In this document: positions 42,915 through 52,043 of the stretch, piece by piece
How positions within the stretch are numbered: the first letter of the stretch is position 1
Layout: each line of letters begins with the position of its first letter
Assembly: GCA_963758525.1 (NCBI GenBank)
Contig: CAVWVQ010000002.1
Location: 128,001-192,000, forward strand
Direction: 5' to 3'
DNA from: an uncultured Phycisphaerales bacterium
Lineage (GTDB): Bacteria > Planctomycetota > Phycisphaerae > Tepidisphaerales > Tepidisphaeraceae
Length of the DNA stretch: 64,000 nucleotides
Notes under the pieces: model-generated
What the model was told of the DNA's origin: nothing
The model's database searches: none
Seen by the model: the letters and a program-made list of their open reading frames with translations, nothing else
Made by a program: the position numbers and the translations under genes

Positions 42915-45900
42915 ATGGCGGTCGATGTGAAGCGATATACTCGCAATGACACAATGAACGTTGGCGCCGCTGAGAAGCGCGCTCGGGCGCGGCATCGGAA
43001 GTTGCGTCTGGCGGCGGCTGCGGCGCTTCCCGTGCTCTCCGGCCTGATGGGTCGCGCCGCGCATGCCGCCAGTGGCACCTGGCTGGATACGGGAGCGACC
43101 AGCGCCAACTGGAGCGATACCACGAACTGGGCCAGCGGGACGATTCCAGGCGCCACCACCGGCACAACCGACACATCGATCGCCACGTTCAATTCGGCCG
43201 TCGGCAGCGAGGGGCTGAGCACGACGCCGATCGTCATTGATTCCGGACGAAACGCAGCTGGCATCAGCTTCGACACAGCCGCCGGCAGCTACTTCATCGG
43301 CGCCACCGGCGGCAATTCCCTCCTGCTGACCAGCGGCGGCTCCATCCAGATTCTTTCCACGCTCACGGCCACCAACGCCGTGGAAACGATCAACGCGCCG
43401 CTCGTCATCGAAGGCGCCGCCGGCACCGACACTTTCGCCAACAACAGCGCCAACGGCACGGGCGCGGCGCGGGCACGCTGGATTTCGGCGGCCAAATCAA
43501 CGGCGGCACGGCGGGCGCAACGGTCTTGACGCTGAGCGGTTCGAACACCAACCTCAACACGATCAGCGGCAATATCATCAACGGCACCGCCACAAGCCTC
43601 GCGATAGCGAAGAGCGGTGCGGGTACTTGGGTTCTTGGCGGCGCGGATAGTTATTCAGGGGCGACCAGCCTCACTGCAGGCACGCTGATTTATTCGGGGA
43701 CCTCCTCGATGAGCAGCAATTCGACGATCACGCAGTCCTCCAACACAACGCTGGAGCTTCTGAGCAACAGCAGTGGCACCTTCACCCCCTCCGCCTCCAC
43801 CGCCAACTCCACCACAACCGGCTATATCCAAACCGGTGGCGGGCCATTTAATTTCATCGCGGGCGATGTGAGCGGCAGCAATACGGGCAACACACTGGTT
43901 CTTGCGAATATGGGCCAGTTTGGTCCAGCCGGCACATCGCCGACTTTCAATTTTGCCGTCAACAACAGCGATACCCTTCAGCTTGGTTCCGGAAGCTCGG
44001 GAACAGGCTTGTTGAACGTTTTCAATAACACGACGATCAACTCCACTGTCGCGGGCGGCACGCTGTCGATTCCGGGCGGGATCACCATCAATTACCCCCA
44101 GGCTTATACGCTTACTTTCGGCGGTGCGGGAAATATCACTTCTGGTCCGATTCTCCGCGATGGCAATATCAACGTAAACGTCACCGTTGCCGGGCCGGGC
44201 ACCTTGACGGTCACCGGAACGAGCAACTTATACAACGGCACAATAACGCTGCAAGGCGGCGGCATCTTGCAGATTGGTAATGGGACCACCGGCAATCTCA
44301 GCAGCACCGCCAACCCCCTCACCTTCAGCGGCACGGGCACGATCAACTTTGACGAGCCGGCCTCCACCAGCCAGTTTATGGCCGCGCTGACCCCCAGCGC
44401 GGGTGCCGACACGGTCGAGTCCACTTATCCCGGCAGCGGCACGAGCACCCTGACGTTCTCCAACGTGGTCGCCCGCACCGCCGGCGCGTCCCTCAACTTT
44501 GTCAGCAACGGGGGCACCAATGGAACCAGCAACAAGATCGTTCTGACGCAATTCGGGGGTTCCGCGCCGACGACGGCGGTGCTCCTCGGCAACGGCTACT
44601 TTTACAACGGCAGCAGTTACGCGGCAGTGAATGCCACCGGCGGCTACGTCCGCGCTTATGGCTCGGGCGACACGGGTTATGCAACCGCCTCCGGTTCCAA
44701 CGGGATCGCCGACTCGTCGACCAGCAACGTCGCCCTCACCGGCAACGTCACGGCTCAGAATAGCGCCTCGGTCAACACCCTCAACATGGGAGCATACACC
44801 CTCGCGCTCGCCTCCAGTCAGACCTTCCAGACCAACGGCATTTTGGTGTCGGGAAATGGCTCGGCCACCATCAGCGGCGGCACCGGGCTGGAAGCGACAA
44901 CCAGCGGTGGCGAATTGGTCATCAATACCAATCTGTCCAGCGACGTTCTGAACATCAGCACGCCAATTCTGAACAACAGCACCAGCTCGCTGACTGTGAC
45001 CGGTCTGGGCACCCTGACGCTTTCCGCCGCCGGCAACAACTACGCGGGAGCGACCACGGTTGACTCGGGTACGCTGAACTTGACCGGAACCCTCACGGGA
45101 GGCACAGTCGTTACAGTCAATGCGGGTACCTTTCAGTGGAATTCGGGCGCCACCCTGTCAACCTCCGCTGTCGCGCTCAATAACGGGGGGACTCTGAGCC
45201 TGTTATCGGATTCAACTGCAACTTTCACTCCGTCGGGCTTTTACCTCAATAGTGGCTCCTACACCATCGCGGTGAACCAAGTGAGCAGCGCGGGGGCTGG
45301 CAAAACGCTCTCAATTGCCAACGAGGCAAGTAACGGCACCACCTCTACTTCTATCAACGTCAGCAGCACCTCCGGAGACACCTTGGCATTTAGTACTGCT
45401 TTCCAACTCAACGGTGTCGGAGCCGGTGCGGGTACTACAACCTTTAACCTCAACAACGCGAACGTGATTCTGAACGGATTGAGCAACACTTCTTCCGCAA
45501 CTGACGGAGGAATGGTCGTTCAGAGTACAACCGGTAACAGCTTGACGATCAACGGCACCCTCTCGACGGCCTCCAACCGGTTCTTCGGCATCACGCTCAA
45601 CAGCGGCACTTTGATTGACAACATCAGCGGGTACGCGGGTAGCAGTACTAATCGCGGATTCTATGCCAATCTCAATGGCGGCACGTGGGACTTAAACAAC
45701 AATCAGGCAGTCGGCGGCGCCACCAATGGGAACAAATTGAATATCGCGGGTGGCACGTTGGACAATACCAGCGGGTTAGCCGTGACGTTGGCGAACAATC
45801 CGCCCATCAACATCAGCGGCAGCTTCGCCTACAGCACCTCTGCCGGCACCAGCGCGAACAACTTGAACCTGGGCACGGGTGCGGTGGCATTGACCGCCAC

Positions 45901-46816
45901 TCCAACGATCACCACGGCTGGGGCTGGCACCTTGACCCTGGGCGGCGTCGTCAGTGGCAGCTATGGCCTGAACTTGACTGGCACGGGCGTGCTGGCGCTT
46001 ACCGGCGCAAATAGTTACTCGGGTGCGACCACCATCGCGGGCGGTACACTGCGAGTGAACAATACCAGCGGCTCATCTGGCACGGGCACCGGTGCTGTGA
46101 CGGTCAACGGGGGAATTCTCGGCGGCAGCGGCTTCATCGGCACGTCGGGTTCTTCCAACGGGGCGATCACCGTCAACAACGGCGGACTGATCGCCGCCGG
46201 CGCCAGCAGCTCCTCCACCGCCACCGGCACGCTGACCAGCCTGAGCACCAGCGGTGTCACGCTCAATGCCGGGTCCGGTTACAACTGGAAGATTCAGAAC
46301 GCCAGCGGCACGGCTGGTGGCACCGGGTGGGACCAAGTCGCTACCCAGGGTATTGCCTTCGGCACCGGTACGGCGCTGACATCCGCCAGCCCCTTTACGG
46401 TTTATATCCAGGGCAATCCCACGAACCTGGCTCCGGGGAGCACGGTCTTCGTGATTGCCACCGATCCCGTCGGCAACATCCCGATCAATGGGACGACTTA
46501 CTCGACGGCTTCGGCCCCCGTGGCGTTGACCGGCGCTGCGACCCCCGTGGCTCTTTCCAATCTGTTTGTCCTCAACACCTCCGGTTTCTCCGACACCAAC
46601 AGCCCGCGGGTTGGAGGAAGTTCATCGTTCACATTGGAACTCGTGACGGACAATTCTGGGGGACAGGACTTGGCGCTCGCTTACAACGCCGCGCCCGAGC
46701 CGGGCACGGCGATGCTGATGCTCGGCGGGGCGCTGCCCATGCTCATGGGTCGTCGCCGACGTCGGAACATATCCGGGAAGCCCGCTGCGATTCGCGACGA
46801 CTCGCTCCTTGCTTGA
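42915..46816 (+). CDS. large PEP-CTERM surface protein with autotransporter-associated beta-strand repeats; frameshift near 43467
   Basis: Signal peptide; G/T/S/N-rich repeats (KSGAGTWVLGGADSYSGAT, GTLTLSAAGNNYAGATTV, GVLALTGANSYSGATTI); C-terminal APEPGTAMLMLGGALPMLMGRRRRR. Confidence 0.88.
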
Positions 46817-47055
46817 CAGGTGAATTCAGAACCTGTTGAGCCGCGGTTTGACAACCCACGCCGAGTCTGAGGTACACCGAAGCCTCGGATCGAACGTCGG
46901 GCAACCCATTGAAGCATGCGATCACCCAGCAGGCGGTGATGCGGACGACGCATCGTCCAGTTGGAGGACACGCTGGGCCAGCGAACGGAATGCGTAAACG
47001 GCAGTTAGCTCAAGTCTAAAGGGCGAATGGTATTCGCGTTCCTCGAGTAGATACA

Positions 47056-48126
47056 ATGATGCATATGCGAAACCACAATTCGATGCATCGGACTGGGGGT
47101 TTTACCCTTGTCGAACTGCTGGTCGTCATCGGGATCATCGCCATTTTGGTTGCGCTGTTGCTTCCCGCCCTGGCCGGGGCCCGGGAACAGGCAAAGTACG
47201 TGCGGTGGCAGGCGTTCAGCCGCGACACGTCCATGGACCCGAACATCGCGGTCTACTTCAACCTGCAAAACGATCGCGGCGCCAACACCCTGACCAATAT
47301 GGCGGTAAACAACGCCGATGATCCCAGCTTCGTCCCGTCGCAATGCAATGCGCAGGCCCTGGATTGGGCGAATACAGCGGGTTTTCTACCGCTGGCGAAT
47401 CAGCCGTATGCACCGTCGCAGATCCAGGCGATGTGGGCAAGCGATGGGCGATTTAAGAACAAGCCGGCTTTGACCCTGTCAACCACGACGACACCGAACG
47501 CAATGTTTTACATCGGCCCCTTCGGCCGGGCCAACGGACGACTCGCCAAGCTGCTGATGAAGTCACAGCAGATCACGATCGTGTTCTGGGCCTATCTGCC
47601 GCCGTCGGCGCAGAGCGCCAGTACCAAGCAAACGTTCCTGAGGTGGGCCGGAACAAACCAGAACTATCGCGTCATGTCAATCGACTTCCCCTGGGGCGGC
47701 GATGTCCAGTGGCAGAACGGCATCGGAACTTCCGGTGCCTTTGGGGCGGGCGCGGGTGTGCCGTATTCCTCGACCGTTGCCAACCAATGGAACCTTTGGT
47801 GTTTCACCTGTGACCGGAATACCGGTCTCATGAAGGTCTACCTGAACGCGCAGTTGGTCCCGCTCGCGAACGATGTCAATACCGTGCAGTGCGGTCGGTT
47901 CGTCGTTTTCGATGAAAATGCGCCCTACTACAAAGATACCGGCAACTTCATGTTCGGGAATACACCGGGGGGCCCTGAGGATACGATCGCCGTCGATGAA
48001 CTGGCAGTGTTCGATGCGGATCTATCACCGCAGGACGTCCAGATCGTCGCCGGAAACCCGGTCACGGTTCCCGGAGTGCCCGCGGTGCGGTTCCTGCAGA
48101 TGTACGACATGGGGAACCCCAATTAG
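47056..48126 (+). CDS. prepilin-type N-terminal cleavage/methylation protein with LamG-like C-terminal domain
   Basis: [27 protein letters not shown]-terminal QWNLWCFT...KVYLN...[12 protein letters not shown]. Confidence 0.85.
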   Translation: MMHMRNHNSMHRTGGFTLVELLVVIGIIAILVALLLPALAGAREQAKYVRWQAFSRDTSMDPNIAVYFNLQNDRGANTLTNMAVNNADDPSFVPSQCNAQALDWANTAGFLPLANQPYAPSQIQAMWASDGRFKNKPALTLSTTTTPNAMFYIGPFGRANGRLAKLLMKSQQITIVFWAYLPPSAQSASTKQTFLRWAGTNQNYRVMSIDFPWGGDVQWQNGIGTSGAFGAGAGVPYSSTVANQWNLWCFTCDRNTGLMKVYLNAQLVPLANDVNTVQCGRFVVFDENAPYYKDTGNFMFGNTPGGPEDTIAVDELAVFDADLSPQDVQIVAGNPVTVPGVPAVRFLQMYDMGNPN

Positions 48127-48163
48127 GCTTCCCCCGGCGCAGCACGCCATCACCGGAGTTCGA

Positions 48164-48649
48164 ATGGGTGTTCGAGAAACACTAAACCGGCAATCCAAGG
48201 CGATTGGAATTGCGTCGGCGATGATGATCGCTCTCTGCCTGGCGTTCGCCGTGACGCAGTACAAGCATGGCGGACGTCCGTCGCTCCCGCATTTCGCTGA
48301 CAAGGCCTATTACACGACTGATGATGGCGCGACATTCTTTACGGACTCTGTCAATCTGATCGCCCCTTTTGACCATCTGGTGCGCCAAGCCGTGCGGGCG
48401 CATATGTTCACGTGTGATTCGGGCAAACACCGGTGGATCGGGTATCTCGAAAAATATTCGGATGCGGACCTGAAGCGGTTTGACCCCTCCAATTCCCAGA
48501 TGGATTTCTCCCCGCCGATTCCGCTCGTGCGGCGGCCAGGTGCGGGGGACTGGGTGCCAGAATCCTCCAAGGACGCGATGTTCATCATGGATCCAAAGTG
48601 CCCTGACGGAGAGGGTGCCGGGCCCCCCCAGCCGGTGTTGCCTGATTGA
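48164..48649 (+). CDS. small membrane-anchored hypothetical protein, paralog of 50026-50505
   Basis: GGAG RBS, N-terminal TM; AYYTTDDG...PFDH...GYL...VRRPG...W-x-P...PDG...VLP. Confidence 0.75.
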   Translation: MGVRETLNRQSKAIGIASAMMIALCLAFAVTQYKHGGRPSLPHFADKAYYTTDDGATFFTDSVNLIAPFDHLVRQAVRAHMFTCDSGKHRWIGYLEKYSDADLKRFDPSNSQMDFSPPIPLVRRPGAGDWVPESSKDAMFIMDPKCPDGEGAGPPQPVLPD

Positions 48650-48799
48650 TCCACATGGAATATCCAGTCGCCTCCAGACCCTTCGCCGAAGTATGGCTGA
48701 CCCGTGAATACACTTCGGGAATTGGATCGAGCATTACTTCCTGAACTGGAGCGATTCGGATATCCAGGGGAACACTCCGTGGTGAATATTGCAGTCAAT

Positions 48800-48837
48800 T
48801 GACGCAAAATCGCATGGATTCTGCGATTTAATGCGGT
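48800..48837. promoter_or_regulatory. conserved dyad motif, copy 1
   Basis: TGACGCAAAATCGCATG is an exact match to 50581-50597; internal inverted repeat AAATCGCA/TGCGATTT. Confidence 0.55.
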
Positions 48838-48948
48838 TACCATTCAGGCAACGATCTGGCACCTCGAACGAGTCTCGCAGGCGGAATCAAGTGCAGCTCC
48901 AGCCACTTGGCATGACGCCTGTGCGCGGCGGCGCCTGGAGGCACTGAC

Positions 48949-49991
48949 ATGTCCACGTCTCATCAGCGGAAACGTCCGGCATTCTCGCTTGTAGAACTGC
49001 TTGTGGTCATTGGCATCATTGCGGTGCTTATTGCGCTGTTGCTGCCCTCGCTGGGCCGCGCGCGGTATGAGGCGCGTCGGGTCGCGTGCATGAGCAATCT
49101 TCGCCAGATCGGCCAGGCATTCATGATGTATGCGAGCGAAAATAAAGGTGCATTCCCCCGCACCTATTATTTGACGAACTTCACCTGGACGCACTCGCCC
49201 GACAGCTTTTGCGGGCTGCGCGGTTCTCGAACCCCACGTCTGCCGCTCCGTTTCTGAATCCTTCGGTGTGGAATTATGACACCGTGCTGCCGCCGTGGAA
49301 CACCGACCATCGTCCCGGCGACAACGACGTCACCGCGGCGTTGTTCCTGCTGGTGCGGCAATATGGATTGCCGGCGCAGCTCTTTGTTTGTCCCGGGCGC
49401 GACGATCCATTTTATCCCGACGATTTCAAAACTCTGGGCGTGGCTGGTGCGTCGACCGACCCGATGAAGCGCTCGAACTTCTCATCGCCTTACAACCTCG
49501 GGTATAGCATGCATGTTCCTTATCCGCCGCCCAATGCGTTTGCCCTTGGGTTTCGCTGGGGCCTGACCGCCAAACCTGGCTTCGCAATTCTGGCGGATCT
49601 GAATCCGGGCGAGCGATTCGTCGACAGTTGCGTGGTCACCCACAGCAACTTTTACATATTAGACGGCCCGACAACGCCCACCGACCCGCCGGATTTGCAA
49701 AGAATGGCCAATAGCAGAAATCACGAAAAACGCGGTCAGAACGTTCTATATGCCGATGGGCATTGCGAGTGGTCCCCGACGGCGTTCGCCGGATACAACC
49801 AGGATAATATTTATACATTGGCCGGACCGATGGGTGTGACGAGTGGGAAGACTAATCAATGGACGACCGGCGCACAGTGCTTTTACCTCGGTGCCTTCTT
49901 CATCAATAACCCCGACGACAGCATCATGCAGCCCAACGAGGGAGCTACTGTTTCCAGTGTGATGAGTGCCAGCGGATTGGGCATCAACTGA
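48949..49991 (+). CDS. prepilin-type / DUF1559-like protein with H-X9-DG motif; frameshift near 49222
   Basis: [25 protein letters not shown]-terminal NHEKRGQNVLYADGH. Confidence 0.88.
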
Positions 49992-50025
49992 GCTCACGCC
50001 ATTTTTCCCTGAAGATCGTCCGCGC

Positions 50026-50505
50026 ATGAACTTCCGTGAATTGGTAAACCGTCGCCCGAAGCTTGCAGCGGCAAGCATCATCGCGATCGCTGTTCTTGCC
50101 ATCGGCTTCTCTTTCCAGAGCAGCCGCGGCCCCAAGTTGTCCGGGCCGATCACGCAGGCGTTCTTCAGTGATGACGATGGCAAGAGCTGGTTCGCCGAAG
50201 ATATAAACAAGCCGTTTCCATTCGATCACAACGGACGGCAGGCATACCGGGCATACGTTTTTCGCTGCCAATCCGGCGATCCGTTTGTTGGTTACCTGGC
50301 AAGCTTCAGCGATGCCGGCGCGCCGAAAGGTACGACGGCTGCCCCAACCCGCAGCGAACAATTTGGCCCGCAGAAGATCCCAGTCATGCAGGTGAAGAAA
50401 CCGGGAGAGTCTAATTGGATTCCCATAGATAGCCCCCAGGGGGAGCTCATCATTGACGTGAAGGGCCCCGACGGATCGAGGCCGCTGGCGGTCTTGCCCG
50501 AGTAA
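50026..50505 (+). CDS. small membrane-anchored hypothetical protein, paralog of 48164-48649
   Basis: N-terminal TM; AFFSDDDG...PFDH...GYL...VKKPG...W-x-P...PDG...VLP. Confidence 0.75.
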   Translation: MNFRELVNRRPKLAAASIIAIAVLAIGFSFQSSRGPKLSGPITQAFFSDDDGKSWFAEDINKPFPFDHNGRQAYRAYVFRCQSGDPFVGYLASFSDAGAPKGTTAAPTRSEQFGPQKIPVMQVKKPGESNWIPIDSPQGELIIDVKGPDGSRPLAVLPE

Positions 50506-50580
50506 AAGCGATTGCTCCTCACGGCTGGAGCGCTGGCGGTCCTGCCGTCGCACGTACCCCGGAATAATTTCGCAGCACTG

Positions 50581-50619
50581 TGACGCAAAATCGCATGAAC
50601 GGCTACGCTATTTTGCGGT
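50581..50619. promoter_or_regulatory. conserved dyad motif, copy 2
   Basis: TGACGCAAAATCGCATG...GCTATTTTGCGGT; CGCAAAATCGC/GCTATTTTGCG is an inverted repeat with 1 mismatch. Confidence 0.55.
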
Positions 50620-50697
50620 AGTTTCTCTGTCGGAGCTGGAGCTGTCCGGATACCATTTGCGGCGCAGCGGAGATTTCAAGGCATTGGAGGAATCGTC

Positions 50698-51801
50698 ATG
50701 TCGAATCGCGTGAGAGTGGCAATCGTCGGTCTTGGCTTCGGAGCTGAGTTCATCCCGATTTTCCAGAACCATCCGGACGCGGAGATGTATGCCATCTGCC
50801 AGCGGAATCCGGAGACGCTGGAGAAGATCGGTGAAGTATTCGGCGTGAAGCGGCGTTACACGAAATATGAGGACGTCCTGAAGGATCCGAATGTCGACGC
50901 GGTCCATATCAACACGCCGATTCCGGATCACGCGGCGCAGAGCATCGCCGCGCTCAAGGCCGGAAAGCATGTTGCCTGCACGGTGCCGATGGCGACGACG
51001 GTTGACGAGTGCCGGGCGATTGTGGCGGAGGCGCGCAAGGCGAAGAAGAACTACATGATGATGGAGACGGTGGTCTTCTCGCGTGAATTTCTCTACGTGC
51101 GCGAGCTGTATGAGAAAGGGGAGCTGGGCCGGCTGCAGTTCATGCGTGGGAGCCATCAGCAGGAAATGGCCGGTTGGCCCGGGTATTGGGAAGGGCTGCC
51201 GCCGATGTACTACGCGACGCACTGCGTCGGCCCGCTGCTGGCGCTGGCGGATAAGCTGGCGGCTTCGGTGACGTGTCTTGGATCGGGACGCATCGCCGAG
51301 AATCTTGCCAAAAAGTACGGTTCCCCGTTCGCGGTGGAGAGCGCTCAGATTCGGCTGAAGGGTTCGGACGTGGGGTGCGAGGTCACGCGGTCGCTCTTCG
51401 AGACGGCGCGGCAGTATCGCGAAAGCTTCGACATCTACTGTGATAAAGCGAGCTTCGAGGCGCCGCTCGTCGAGCATGAGCCGCCGGTTCTGCATCGCGG
51501 GGAAACCCCCGAGAAGGTGACGGTGCCGGATTATGCGCATCGTCTGCCGGCAGGGATACAGCGATATACGACCAAGGGCGTCTACGACAGTGATGAGAAC
51601 GTGCATCTGTCGTTCAAGCAGGGAAGCGGACACGGCGGATCGCATCCGCACCTGGTGCATGAGTTTCTGCGCAGCATCGTTGAGAAGCGCAAGCCGTATG
51701 TGGATGAGGTGAAGGCAGCCAACTGGACGAGCACCGGAATCTGTGCGCACGAGTCGGCAATGTCGGGCGGCAAACTGGTGGCGATTCCGGATTTTGCGTA
51801 G
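50698..51801 (+). CDS. Gfo/Idh/MocA-family oxidoreductase
   Basis: VAIVGLGFG, VDAVHINTP, AGKHVACTVP, GHGGSHPHL motifs. Confidence 0.9.
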   Translation: MSNRVRVAIVGLGFGAEFIPIFQNHPDAEMYAICQRNPETLEKIGEVFGVKRRYTKYEDVLKDPNVDAVHINTPIPDHAAQSIAALKAGKHVACTVPMATTVDECRAIVAEARKAKKNYMMMETVVFSREFLYVRELYEKGELGRLQFMRGSHQQEMAGWPGYWEGLPPMYYATHCVGPLLALADKLAASVTCLGSGRIAENLAKKYGSPFAVESAQIRLKGSDVGCEVTRSLFETARQYRESFDIYCDKASFEAPLVEHEPPVLHRGETPEKVTVPDYAHRLPAGIQRYTTKGVYDSDENVHLSFKQGSGHGGSHPHLVHEFLRSIVEKRKPYVDEVKAANWTSTGICAHESAMSGGKLVAIPDFA

Positions 51802-51839
51802 CGACGATGACGCATTGAGCGAGGATGGAGAGCGCTTCA

Positions 51840-51953
51840 CCCGGTTAGCCGCGACGCGCAGCGGAGCGCGTATTCCGGGCATCCTGAGCTTGCAAGTCCG
51901 AGTTGCGAAACACGCTGTTGGACGCGCTCCGCTGCGCGTCGCGGCTAACCGGG
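51840..51953. repeat. 32-bp perfect inverted repeat element (REPIN/MITE-like)
   Basis: CCCGGTTAGCCGCGACGCGCAGCGGAGCGCGT (51840-51871) and its reverse complement (51922-51953). Confidence 0.9.
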
Positions 51954-52043
51954 GTGAACGCAACCGCGTGCAGATTTATCTGCGTTCGGTTACGACGGAA
52001 TCGAAGTGACGGCGGACCATTTACTCTTCGCGAAGGAGTCTGT

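Noticed and set aside
42915..46816. Type V autotransporter
   Set aside because: It ends in a PEP-CTERM sorting signal rather than a beta-barrel.
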